The notes under the pieces were generated by a model that searched no databases, was not told the DNA's origin, and saw only the letters and a program-made list of their open reading frames with translations. A program made the position numbers and the translations under genes. From Emiliania huxleyi CCMP1516 (Eukaryota), in the NCBI RefSeq assembly GCF_000372725.1, contig NW_005202176.1, forward strand, positions 42,240 through 106,239: a stretch of DNA of 64,000 nt, written 5' to 3'. Below, piece by piece: positions 11,223-23,700 of the stretch. Each line of letters begins with the position of its first letter. Positions within the stretch are counted from its first letter, which is position 1.

Positions 11223-12962
11223 GAGCAGGCGGACATCGCTTCCAGGGAGGGGGGCGCACTTCTCTCCACACCACATGCTAGGGGGGGGGTCCGACCCCCC
11301 CCCAGAGGCTTCACCACATGCTGGGGGGGGGGTCACCGCCGAGGACCCCCCAGAGACTCGTGGTCAGACCCTCCGGGCCCTTGATTTTACGCCTCATTTC
11401 GCAGCACGTTTTCGAGGGGAAAATCATCCTTTGAAGCTACATGAAAGGCTCGAGACTGGTCAGAGTCTCCAAGATATTGGCTCTGGGCCGGCGCGGGGGC
11501 CCCAGAGGGTGTCCATGCGGGGGGGAGATGGGGTCCCATGGCCCGCCGCAGGCGCCGATTTTTTCGGCTTGTTTTTCTTTTTTGTCGTTTTTTACTTGTT
11601 TTCATGGGAATTCGGCGTACTTGCGGCCATGCTATCACGCCTTGCGACAGCCTGTCGGCGCAGCTGACCGTGCCATGATGCACAATTGATCACCTGCATA
11701 GCTCGCGGCCTTAGTATCAAGCATTCAGTGACGACCTGATCGTACGGCCAGTAGGAAGGTGTCCTTCCATCGTGTGCACGCTTCTGACGCAATGCGCATC
11801 ACCTCGGATTGGCTGCTGGCACTCTCGAGGCTATGCCTACACAGCCTCGCGCGCATGGGCAGTCAAGAGGGACCACGCACCTTCTCAGGACAGCGCCGGT
11901 GCCTCTCTCTTGGACCGGCAAACTTGGTGGTATCGTGTCACCAATGTGGGACCAGTGCGGCATCGCGCCATCGACAGCTCTGAACTGCGCCTCACCACTG
12001 ACCGGGAAGGCCGCCAAGTGGGCCAGCACAGGTCGCACATTGTGGCAGCAGTCAGCAGTGCATGGCTGATAGCTAGAGCAGCAGCGTCAGGGTCGCAGGG
12101 TCGGATCGTGTCAAGCCTCTCGCCCGGCCGGCCGCGTGCAGACGTCGGCCTGTCTGCTGTCTGGAGTGATCTGTCGGCGGTCAGTACGACCGATCAGGTC
12201 GGAGTTTTCTGATGGTTGGAGGGTCTATCTGTATGTACTCCTCGAGATCTTTCCAAATCTGCCCTCTACTTAACCGTACTTAATCGATAAGTCGGTGCTA
12301 GCTGAGACTAGCGGAGCCGGAGCCCCGTTTCCGCACTGCGGCGCGGCGCACGGTGCCTCCGGGGGGCCCCGCGCCGGCCCAGAGGATATTGGACTTTCAG
12401 CCACGATTTCACAACTTTGGGGGCAAAATCGGCTCTTTGGCGGCTATTCCTATCCCTTTAGCCCACGAACTGCTGGGGGGTGCCCACCACATGCTAGGGG
12501 GGGGGTCCGCGCCCCCCCCAGAGGCTTCACCACATGCTAGGGGGGGGGGGGGTCCCCCAGNNNNNNNNNNNNNNNNNNNNNNNNNNNNNNNNNNNNNNNN
12601 NNNNNNNNNNNNNNNNNNNNNNNNNNNNNNNNNNNNNNNNNNNNNNNNNNNNNNNNNNNNAAGGGGGCCCCCCCCCCCCCCCCCCTTTTTTTAAAAAAAA
12701 ATTGCGGGAGAGGTTTTTTTGGGGGGGCCCCCCCCCCCAAAAAAAAAAAAATTTTCCCCCCCCCTTTTTAAAAAAATGGGGGGAAAAATTTTTTTTTTGG
12801 GGGTTTTTTTTTTTTTTGGGGCCCCCCCTTTTTTTTGGGGGCCCCCCAAAAAGGGGGGGGGGGGGGCCCCCCCCCCCCCCCCCGTTTCTCACAAAAATGG
12901 GGGGGGGGGGGGGGGGCGTGGAGAAGTGCGCCCCCCTCCCTGGAAGCGATGTCCGCCTGCTC
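11223..12962. mobile_element. Non-autonomous PIF/Harbinger (Tourist-like) DNA transposon
   Basis: ~45-bp TIRs gagcaggcggacatcgcttccagggaggggggcgcacttctc (11223) and its reverse complement ending 12962; TTA on both sides (11220-11222, 12963-12965); subterminal ccacatgct(a)gggggg repeats; no transposase seen. Confidence 0.85.
12661..12915. other. Low-quality homopolymer-smeared read end next to gap
   Basis: Consecutive runs of single bases adjacent to Ns. Confidence 0.85.
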
Positions 12963-13139
12963 TTACCGTCAGGGCACAGGGGGCGGTGAAGTCGCATCAC
13001 CCTCATTTCGTAGGTACGAAAAAAAAGGTCCGTTCACACTAACTGAGTGAGCAGTGAGTGAGAAGCACGAGGAAGGTTGTTGCCGGAAGAAGGGGGGACG
13101 ACATGGATGTAAAATACGAAGAAGCCGCACAAGTAAATT

Positions 13140-13617
13140 CTATTTCTGAAATTTGTATTTCATATATTTGCAGCGGGGCAATGTGAACCCATTATTACCC
13201 AGCTGGCGCGAGCGGCGGCGGTCACTGCCCTCGTGCGGATGGTAGTGGCAGCAGGGAGCGTCGGGTTGAGCTGCGCAGGTGCTGCAAATGGCCGCCGTGG
13301 CGGCCGGCGGCAAGCGGTTGCCGTAGTCGGAGGGGGCGGCGGTCCCGGACGTCGCGTTCGAGAGGCTGCACGTCACAGGGCAGGTCATCTTCACTCCTTC
13401 GACGCACGCCTCGTCGCACGCTGCGTTGGCCGTAAGGTTGGCCGAGTCGCACAGACCAAAGCCTTTCGCTTGCTTGCACGTCGGGACGAAGCCGGCGTCA
13501 CACGGCGCCAGAGACGGGGCGAAGGTGGGCTCGCGCGCCTTCGGAATGGGCGTCGCCTCGCGCAAGTCGGAGGGCGCGGGCGCAGCCAAGGCGGCGACGG
13601 CGAGAGCGGCCAGCATG
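13140..13617 (-). CDS. Small putatively secreted Cys-rich protein (ShK-like C..C..CPVTC); 3' end uncertain
   Basis: Signal-like MLAALAVAALAAP; TCKQAKGFGLC...MTCPVTC; composition shifts to AT-rich near 13200. Confidence 0.5.
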
Positions 13618-13729
13618 CTTGACGGCGACGGCGAGGGGTACGGGGGGTACGGGGGGTCGGGGGGTCGGGGGGTACGGGGCATAGCGCTGGCCAGCAAAGG
13701 CCTCGATCTTCTTCGCCAGGAGTTGGTTC

Positions 13730-14210
13730 AGCGCAGAAGGGAGGCGGGTCGGCGAGTTGAGCCGCATTACGCCCTCGCCGTGGCCCAGCAGCCCTGGAAA
13801 TTCCTCCGGTGCGTTGGCTGGCGCTGAAAACCCGCACGACGAGAGCCGCCCCTTGCCGTCGATGAAGAGGCTGTGCCGAACGCCTGCGGAAGCCCTCACC
13901 GGCGCGTTGGACTCGCGCAGCAGCGCCGCAAAGCACAGCCACCGCACGACGCAGCCCTCGCCCTCCGGCTGCGCCGGCAGCTCGTAGGCGCGCTCTTGCG
14001 CCCACAAGCGGATGCCCTCCCCCGCGAGTGAGGCGTGAAAGAGCAGCGAGACGGCCGCAACGCGAGCGATGTCAATGGGGCTGTTGAAGCGGGAGAGGAC
14101 GCGCACGAGGAGTTCCCTGGGGAGGTCGAGGAGGCGGGCGGGCGGCGGCGCGTCTGGCGAGGGAGCGGCGGTGGAGGCAGAAGCGCGCGAGCGGCGCTTC
14201 CGTGCCCCCG
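13730..14210 (-). pseudogene. F-box + RCC1-like repeat gene fragment, no ATG and truncated after the first RCC1 repeat
   Basis: LLDLPRELLVRVL (F-box-like); ASAGVRHSLFIDGKGRLSSCG...GLLGHG (RCC1-like); no in-frame ATG upstream. Confidence 0.65.
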
Positions 14211-14399
14211 AGTTCAAGAGAAAGAAAAATCCAGATTTATTTTAAAGTTTGTGCCCCGTTTGTTATCGAAAAAAGAAATCGCGCTGGCGCGCGGGGAGGA
14301 GGGGCTGCGTGCTCGACTGGAGAGCGAGGGGACAGGGCTCGTGCTCGACTGCCTACGCGCCCGAGGAGGCTCTAGCCGGGCTGGACTCGGCCAGTACTC

Positions 14400-14786
14400 A
14401 TGCACACTCCCGACGTGGAGGCCGCTTGCGCCGCCGACGCGGAGACGCAGAGCTCAGACGGCACGCGCTTACGCTCTGGCGGCACGCACGCTCACTGGCG
14501 CTCCGCCGTCGCGCTGCTCGCGGCCCTTGCACTCGTGGTGCTGCTCGCCGCTCCGTCGGCCGCACCCCGCGTGGCGGGCACCTGGACGGCGCATTGGGCG
14601 AAGCAGACCTCCTCCGGCAAGGAGCGGCCGGTGAGCTTCCTGCCCACCCTCGTCCAGTGCGATAGCAGTAGACGGTGCTACGGGCGGTGCGAAGGCGAGC
14701 GGCAGCGGGCTGACGGCAGCCGTTGCACGAACGGGTGGTGCCACGGCACTTGCCTTCCTGGCTGGTACCCCGGCTACGCGGGCTGA
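14400..14786 (+). CDS. Hypothetical single-pass protein with a 6-Cys C-terminal module
   Basis: 128-aa ORF with ATG; hydrophobic AVALLAALALVVLLAA; CDSSRRCYGRC...CTNGWCHGTCLPGWYPG. Confidence 0.45.
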   Translation: MHTPDVEAACAADAETQSSDGTRLRSGGTHAHWRSAVALLAALALVVLLAAPSAAPRVAGTWTAHWAKQTSSGKERPVSFLPTLVQCDSSRRCYGRCEGERQRADGSRCTNGWCHGTCLPGWYPGYAG

Positions 14787-15886
14787 AGCTCTACTGCGCA
14801 GCCCAAGCGCGGGGTGTGCGTACCGTGAGGACGTGTTGCGTGTGCGGCTGCGGGGTTGTGGTGTGCAGAGAGAGGTGCTCAGAACTCAGTGTCTTAGCCG
14901 TGTGTGTGCCCCATCGTCATCTACCTCCATGTCCTCAACCCTGGTTCAGAGAGGAGAGACTGCCGAGAGAGTTGGTTCAGAGCGGTCTGTGCGCCATCAG
15001 ACTTCTTGTGCCAGTTATTATTATGATGTGCTGTGAGAGAGGCTTCTATGGTTATAAGAATTCTCTTATTATTTTCTGGAGTGTTGTCGCATTTCCTGCG
15101 CTCGCGGGGCCACAGCCCCTGGGCTAGCTCGGTAGCTGCTGTGGGAACCACCTCAAGGCCGGCGCATGCGCCGGCGATGGACTGACCCAGCAGCTCAAGG
15201 GCTCGCGCTTCCCTCACCACCGCGCGCGCGCTGCAGCAGGAGTACCTGCCGCACTGCGACAACATGTCGCAGCTGCCGCTTCTCCGGTCTCTGTGATCGG
15301 CCTCCCCGTTCATCGGATGAACTCGGTGATCGTTGTCCGGATCGTTGTGGGCTTCGAGGACGCGGTCAGCGCCGCGCCGGATCTCCTCTCAGATCCGGCG
15401 CGGAGTGCGGCTCAAGGCTCAAGGCTCTGCCGGCGGGTCCGGGCCTGGCGCCTGCCAGATGCGGGTCCAAATTCCCCGGCGCTCGCGCGCGCCACCGCCC
15501 CCGGCGCGGGGTGGGATGTCAGTTCGAGAGTTCTGTGTTCCCGTCCTGTGCTCCACCTTCTTCTCCCGCGTCAGTCCCATGAGAACCCCACTATATAGCG
15601 CCGCCTCGTGAGCTGTCCTGTGTGCTGTGTGCTGTGTGTCCAGCAGTCCGGACCCAGTGCTACGGCCGGTGACAGCGTGCCTCGTGTCGGCTCCCGAGCC
15701 AATCGTGTGCAGCGTGTGTGTGCGTGTGGGCCCGTCCTCCATGCTAGGAGGTGTGTAAGACTAAGGTCTACGCCCTTAGTAAGACTCAGCTGGTAAGACC
15801 GACGTGCGACTTTTTCTGGAGTGGTTGTCGCGCCTCCACAGCCAGCCGCTCGTCGCCACTGCTGGCCATCCCCCAGAGCCAGCAGC

Positions 15887-17625
15887 ATGTCCGACGCCGT
15901 GCTAAATTTCTCGGACTGGCTCGGCATGCTCCACGATGCGGCCGCAAAAGGCGCCGCAGACGATGCCTCGGTTCGCGAGACGGTCAACTCGATGGAAATG
16001 CTGGTTCGGTCGAGCCTCGACGAGGCACTCGCCGGCATCTGCTCTCTCTGCTTCCCGGCGGCGGCCGACGGCGGCGGTGGCGGGGATGGCGGCCTGTACG
16101 CGCTGCTGCGTGCCTCACTCCAGGGCGACACGCAGCTGAAGAACCTCGTCGACCTGCGGTGCGAGGTGCTCCGCTTCCTCGAGGTGCTGATTGAGGAGCA
16201 CGTGCTCGAGCGGAACCTCGAGCGGAACCTCGGCGTGCACATCCTCGCCATCTTCGACGCGTGCACCCTCACCTTCCGCAAGGAGCGCTCGAACAAGGTG
16301 CGCGAGCTCTGTTTCCACCCGCTCGTCTACTGCCTCGACCTGCGGGACAAGTGCCCCGAGCGGCACGCGCTCGCCGACCGGATCTTCGGCTCCTCGATGC
16401 GCGACAAGATCCGCAACCCCGCGCTCGTCGACCAGCTCTGGAACCACCTCTCTTCCTCGCCGTCTGCCTCCACGCCCACCCTGCGCGGCGGCTGCTTCAA
16501 GCTGCTCGGCACCGTCGCCCGCCGCTTCCCGGTCGAGACGTCGGTCGACAAGCGGTTCGAGGTGCGGCACCCGACGTCGCTCTACCACCGCGCGATGAAG
16601 ACGCTGCAGGCCCAGACCGACTCGGCCGCGCCAAAGCTGCCCGAGGTTGCCGGCGCCCTCTCCGGCCTCGACGGCCTCCTCATCGACGCAGAGCTGAAGC
16701 CTGCAGACGTCGAGCTCGTGTTCGAGGTGGTGCTCAAGTGTCTCTCGGTGGACCTCGACGAGGTGAAGCGGTACACGATGCCTCGCGCCGCGCTGACCTG
16801 CCTCGGGAACAACGTCCCCGTCTTCGCCGCCCAGACGCCCGCACTCGTCGACGGCGAGCCCGCGCCAAGCGCCTCGGCGTGAGGGCTCGGGCGGCCTGCC
16901 TCGCAGCTTCCGCGGAGCCTCACCTGGTAGGCGAGCTGGTGGAAGGGCCTAGGCTGGCGGACTCGCTGCTGCTGCGGAGGGCGGCGGACCTCTGGCCGCC
17001 CCTCAAGCGCCTCGCCTCGCACTCGAACCAGTTCCTCCGCCCAAGGAGGGGGCCGCGTGCTGTGAGCAGCGCCTCTCTTCACAGCTGCAGCCGTGTGAAC
17101 AGGTACCTGCGCCCCCTCGCGGACGGCGTGCTGCGCGAGGTGCTGCACGCCCTCGCAGGCGAGCTCGCCGCTCGCAGCGAGGCGGCAAGGCGCAGGCGGC
17201 GTCTCTGCTCACGGCTGTGTTCACGGCTGTGTGCGTGAGCAGGCCAGCTCGCCGCCGCCTACGAGGCAGGAGGGGCGCTGCGCGACGGAGCCGTGGCGAT
17301 GTACAACACGCTCCTGCGCGCGTTCCGCGAGATGGAGACTGCCGCGGAACGCGGCGAGGAGGGAGGGCGCGGCGAGGAGGGAGGGCGGGGCGAGGAGGGA
17401 GGGAGCGGCGGCGCGACTCGGCCGGCGGCGGCGCAGACGCTGCGGATCGGCGGGATCGTGCGGCTGCGGAGCGAGCTGTCGCCCGCCGTGGCGGCTCTGA
17501 GCGGCGTGGAGAAGGCCGGAGAGCAGCTGCGAGGCAACCGCCGCACGCCCGCAGCGGAGAGACAACTCACTAACTCGCTCACTCACTCACTCACACTCAC
17601 TCACTCACACACACACACACACGCG

Positions 17626-17700
<75 letters not shown>

Positions 17701-20700
17701 CTGCCTCCCGCCCCGCCCGCAGACCTCTGCCAGTTTGCGGCCCGCTTCTTCGCGCCGCACGCGCAGCCGCGCTCGGCTGAGGCAGGGCAGACCCTCTCCG
17801 GCCGAGCGTTCGAGCTCCCAACTTCCGAGGTGTGAACAGCGCTTCTTCACATCACTTGCTGTGAATAGGCCGAGCGTTCGAGCTCCCAACTTCCGAGGTG
17901 TGAACAGCGCTTCTTCACATCACTTGCTGTGAATAGGCCGAGCGTTCGAGCTGCCCAACTTCCTCGAGGCGTTCGCGCTGCTGCTGCCCCACGCGCCGAC
18001 CGGCACCGCGGGCCTGCTCGAGACACTGCACGAGCTGCTCTACCTGCTGCACGAGTACTACGGCGTCCTGCAAAAGAAGCACCGCGCGCACGCCGCCGCC
18101 GCCACACAGCTGCTCTTCTCCGCCCTCGCCGGCCGCGGCGACGAGCTCGACCTCCTCCTCGGCCGGCTTGTCTACCCCGCCCTCACGCTCGCAATCGACT
18201 CCATCCCCGACGTCGCCGCCGGCAGCGGCTCCGCCGGCAGCGGCGTCGCCTCTTCGGCTGACGACGGCGGCGGCGAGGACGGCGGCGGCGGGGGCGGGGG
18301 CGGCGGCGGCGGCGTTGTCCACCTCGCAACGTATCTGTGGGTGCCCGTCCTCGACCCACTCTTGCGCCCGCCGGAGCGGTTCGAGGGGCAGGCGCGGCGG
18401 CGCGGAGAGAAGAAGTACGCCAAGGCGGCGGGCGGGTGGCGCGGCAGGGCGGGCGAGGGCGCCGCAGCCGCGGGTCGAGAGGAGACGTGCGCGCAGACGC
18501 TCGAGCACGTGCTCAACGCTCTGACTCGCATGATCGGTACGCTCGACGTGAGCGCCATCGCGGCCGCGGAGGAGGAGGAGGAGGAGGAGGCGCCCCTGGA
18601 TTCCGCTCCCGCTCCTATCGCCGACGCCGCCGACGCCGCCGACGCCGCCGACGCCGCCGACGCCGCCGACGACGGCACGGAAGGGCTGCTTGCTCCCATG
18701 GGCGATGGCGCCATCAAGCAGTCCAAGAGCGGCGACGTCGCGGTCTTCCTCAAGCTCGTTCACTTTTGCGAGGCGCTGCTGCCGGCGCTGCGGCCGAGCT
18801 TGCTGCACCGGTGGCTGCACGTCCTGCTGATGGACCTCGTCACCAGGGCCTCGCGCGCGCCGCACGTCTCGGGCTTCGCGAAGCTTCTCCGCACGCTGCT
18901 CCAGACGTGCGCACGCTGCAGCTACTTCGACCCGCCCGCCACCTCACCCGGGACGAGCGACGCCGCACCAGCCGCCGCCTCCGAGGCCGCCGAGGCCCGG
19001 GCGGTCGCAGGCTCGGCAGACTGCAACCGCGAGCGGTGCTACAGCATGCTGCGCGCCTACCTCGTCTCGCTGCTGGCTCGAGCGCGGCGGCTCAAGGACG
19101 AGCTCTTCGCGGCGGTGGTCAACCTGCTGCTCGCCGCGCCGCTGCGCTTTGTCGGGGAGCAGCTTCGCCGGCCGAGCCCACCGCTGGTGGAGCTGCTCCG
19201 GCACGCGCTCGCCCTCGGCCACGCCTACCTGCCGCTCGCCCTGACGGCGCTCAGCGCGCTCGAGAAGTGGATGGCCGAGCTGCAGCCGCTCCTTCAGCCC
19301 CACTTGCCCGCGCTGCTGCCCGCGCTGCGCGAGTACCTTACCGTCGACGCATCGGAGACGGCCGTCGCAACGGCGCGCGTCGGGGGCGCGCTCGGCGACA
19401 AGGTTGGCCGGCGGATGCTCGAGCGGACCGGCAACCGGCGGAAGCGGCGGTCGCGCGAGCAGCACAGCGAGGAGGAGCGGCTCCAGGCGCGCGTCGTGCA
19501 GCTGCTCGGGCGGGTGGGGGGGGAGGTGGTCCTGCTCGTGCAGCCCGGGGGCGGGGGCGGGGGCGGGGGCGGGGGCGGGGGCGGGGGCGCGCGGTGGGAC
19601 CTTGAGGAGCGCGTGGCGTGGGACGTCCCTCTCGAGGAGGAGAGGGACCTGAGCGTCCACCTCGACACGATCCTGCCCCGCGTGCTCGAGCTCGCGACCT
19701 CGTCGCTGCAGTACCGCGAGAAGGTCGCCGCGTGCGAGCTGCTCGAGGCCAGCGTCAAGCTCTGCGTCGGCATCAATGCGAACGCGCCCGCCGGCAACGC
19801 GGCCGCCGCTGACTTCGGAGCAATCAACCGGCGGCTCTACCCGGCGCTACTGCGGCTGGCCACCGACGCCGACGGCTTTGTGCGCCGTCTCTTCGAGCCG
19901 CTCACGCTGCAGATCATCCACTGGATCGTCAACCCGCAGCGCGCCGCCGCGGCGGACTCGATGACGATGCTCGACGCGTGCGTCGCCGCGACGGGCGACA
20001 CGGAGCACGCGGGGCTGCGCGAGTTTGGCGCGCGCTGCCTGGGCGAGTTTGTGGCCTACTCGATCAAGCACAAGAGCAAGACGAGCAGTCGCTCGCCGCA
20101 CGCGGTCCGGTCGCTCCTCGTGCGGCTCTACGCCCTCGCGCGCCACCCGGACGGGCTGCAGCGCCTCTCCTTCGCCTTCGCCATCGGCGCGTGCTACAGG
20201 CAGCTGCGCGAGGACACCGACTCGCTCGACGAGTCTCTGCTCGAGCTGATCCACAACACGCTCCTCGCGCTGCGCCTCGCGCAGGACGACGCGCCCGCGC
20301 TCGGCACCGCCGACCAGCTGTGCGGCGTCCTCGCCCACCTCAAGAAGATGCTGCTCCGCACCGCGGACAGGCTGCGCCGGGCCAACCCGCGCCGGCCGAT
20401 GTACAAGGCAGGGCTCGACGGGCCCGAGGGCCGCGCGCCAACGGCCACACTCCCGGCGCGGAGGAGTGAAACGCGCTCACCACGTTGCCCCCCGAACGGC
20501 AGGCTTCGCTCGCTACCTCCTCGCGCAGAGTGTGACGCCGCACGCGCGTGCTCGCCTGGAGAGCAGCCGCCTCTTCGAGGAGGTGTGCGCGCTCCTCGCG
20601 GAGGGGCAGGCAGTCCGGCCCGCCGCCGCGTCGTCCCGATGGGTCGCCAGCGCGCTCGCCTCGGCGACGGTGCCGCGGCTCCCGGTCGTCGAGCGCCTCG

Positions 20701-23700
20701 CAGCCGCCCCGTGGCGCCAGCTCGCCGCCGGTGCCTGCGGCTCTCGCCCTCGCGAACCCCCTCGTCGCAGTGTTCGAGCCCCGAGGCGCTGTCCTGTAGG
20801 CCCGCCCGCCGGCGGCCGCGAGCTCGCGCCGTGGCTGGTCGAGGCGCAGGCGGCGCTCGACGCGACGTTCTGGTCGCTCAAGCAGGGCCACGCGCCCTAC
20901 TCGGCGCTGCTACGGCCGGGCGGCGAGCTGCACGCGGCACTCGGCATCCTCAACGCAGTGCTGCGCGGCGCGCCGCCCTCGGCGCCACCCCTCGGCTGCG
21001 CGCTCTTCGAGGCGGCCGACGCGAGCGTTGCCGAGCCCGTCGCCCCGCTACGCGGCGCCTTGCTCTCCGCGCTGCGGTTCGTCAAGGAGCTCCAGCGGCA
21101 GGCGGCGCACACGGAGCTGCGGCTGCAGCAGCCGCTGCTCCACGTCGACGAGCCGGCGGCGCGCGATTGCGCCCTCCTCGCCGCGCTCGCGCCGGCGCGG
21201 CTGGGTTTCGAGCTCGGTGTTGTGGCGGCGCCCTACCGCCGGGTGCGCCAGCTCGCTTGCGAGGTGTGTCCCGGCCCGGCCCGCCTCTTGCTCCCGCCAC
21301 CCCTCCCGTTGGCCCCGGTCGCGCTTTCCGCCCCCGCGCATTGGGCCGAGGCCGCGCTCGGCCGTGCAGGTGTGCATGCGCAGCCACGCTCGCGACGCGG
21401 CGGCGTTTGTCGGCGCCGTGCAGCGACTGGTGGGCGCGCCGCTCGAAGCCCTTACGACGGCGGAGCTCGGGCGTCGCGACGGCTCCGGCGACACTCTGTC
21501 CCAACAGGCCCTGGCCGACGGGCTGCTGCACCTCCGCAGCGTTGGCCGTGCGGCAGCCGAGGCTTCGCTGCCCCGCGATGCGAAGTCTTACGCCGCGGCG
21601 CTCGCCGGTCGCGTACTCCAAGCGCCCGCGTCGCTGCGGCCGCTGGAGCAGCCGCTCCTGGAGACGTGCTTTGAGCTCGCCGTCGATCTCGGCCACTCGC
21701 CGCTCTCTCTGCTCCGGTCGATCGACGAGTCGTGCGCGGGGCGGCTCTTCTTCCAGCGCTTCCGCGCCAAAGTCGTCAGCTGCCTCATGGACGTGCCGGC
21801 CGATGGCGTCGAGCAGGCGGTCGATTGCATCATCGCAGCGGCGAGTGGGAGAAACGACCTGCCGGGCGCGCCGCTCTGGCGGCTGCTGCTCGTGTGGGTC
21901 GAGCAGCTCGAGAGGCGCCGCGACAAGCCGTCCGAGCCTCTCGTGCGCGCGATCGACGCGCGCCTCCCGCCCCTCTTGTCGCGGCCAGCGTGGCCGGACC
22001 CGGCTCGCACCGACGGGATGCTCGCCCTCGCGCGGCGGCTCATCGGGCTGGGCGCGCACCTGGTGCTGCTCGCCCCGGGAGGGAGCTGCTTGCTCGACGG
22101 GCTGCTCTGCCTGCTGCGCGCCGACAACGGCCTGCCGACTGCCGACCGGCGGCGCGCTGTGGTGGAGGTCTTCAAGCTGCTGCCGCAGCTGCTGAGGTGG
22201 CTCCGGCCGTCGGGTGCTTCGGCGGGGCGCCTCGGGGCGCTGGTTTGCGCGGTGCGGGCTGTGTTGGACAACGAGGTGCCGTTGAGCTTCAGCGAGCTGA
22301 CTCCCGCCCGGCGGCACGAGGTGCAGGAGCTGCTGCGGCCGGTCCTCGACGCCGTCGCCGACCCGCTCGTGCGGTCGCGCGAGCTGCTGCTTACCGTCCT
22401 CCGGCTCGAGGCGGTGCGCGAGCCGCAGCTCGGAGCCGGCCACGCAGAGGCCGCCGCAGCGGGTGCTGGTGGCGAGGCCCGCGGCGCGAGGAACGGCCAG
22501 CGCGAGGCGGTGCGCGCCGCCGTGCGCGACATGGTCCGCGCGGTGGTCGCAAAGGCGCCGTCGGGCGGTGGCGGCGCTGCGGGCGTCAGCGCGCCGGAGC
22601 TGTGGGCGCTGTGCGTCGATCGCGTCTGCGGGCCGGCCGACCCCGGCAGTGGCGGTGCGGACTGGCAGGAGAAGATGCTCCTGCTCGAGTGGGTCTCGGT
22701 GCCGCTCTGCGAGGAGATGGCCTCCGCCGAGAGCCTCACCGAGCTCGTGGCCGCCACCATGCCGGCGCTCGCGTCTCTCTGGAGCGAGACCGACTGGCCG
22801 AGCCGGCTGCCCGCGCCGGAGGACGCGCTGTCCGCCGCGCTGGTGCGGCGGCGTGCCGCCTTCGAGTGGATCGGCATGCTGATCGCCCGCGTGCCAAAGT
22901 CGTCCTTCGAGCCCGGCGGCAGGCTGCTCGAGGCGGCGGGCGCGAGCGGGCTGCCCGACCTCAAGAAGCTCTTGATTGAGCAGTGTGGCACGGCGGCCAA
23001 GGAGAGGCTCCCTCTGTCGCGGGAGCCCACGCCTCGCGTGGCCGCGCTCAAGCGGCTGCTCCACACCGCGGCGTACGGCGGGTACGTCAACCTGATCGTG
23101 CACACGCAGTCCAAGCCAGAGGTCGTCTCAAAGCTCCTCTTCAACTGGAAGAAGCTGTGGGAGAATGCCGCGCCGACCGCGGCCTTCAGACTGGCGCAGA
23201 CCCCGGACCACCCCACCGAGCGTGGCTCGAGCCTCGCCCGTCGGCCGGGGGCGCCCCGCGCGACGACTCGCGGCGGCGGCGGCGGCGGCGGCTATCTGCC
23301 GTCGCAAGCGCTGATGTCCAGCTCCCTGTCGCAGGGCGCGGACGACCTTGGCTCCGGCGGCGGCGGCGGCGATCCCATGGCCGCCGCGCCGCACGCACTC
23401 GGCCGCGCGCACACGCAGAGCTCTCAGGCCCACTCCCAGTCCCAGAGCTCCGACGGCGACGCGCCCGACGGCCGGCCGGCACAGCGCGGGCCGCAGCAGC
23501 CGGAGGAGGGGGAGTGGCAGCGGGAGCAGCAGCGGGAGCGGGAGCGGGAGCAGCTCTTCGCCGACGACCCGGAGCGTGTCGGCGAGCTCGCCTCCGCCAC
23601 GCTCGAGATGGACGCCCTCAACAAGGAGCCGCTGGTGCAGCTGCTGCTGCGCGCCGTCGACCAGGTGAGGCAGCGTGGCCTCGAGGCGCGGGGGGAGGGC

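Noticed and set aside
12527..13050. Poly-G/P/K/F ORFs
   Set aside because: Homopolymer-smeared low-quality sequence next to an N gap
17801..17970. Repeat-spacer-like pattern suggesting a CRISPR array
   Set aside because: The units are identical tandem copies (no unique spacers) inside a eukaryotic gene with no cas genes; explained as duplicated intron units
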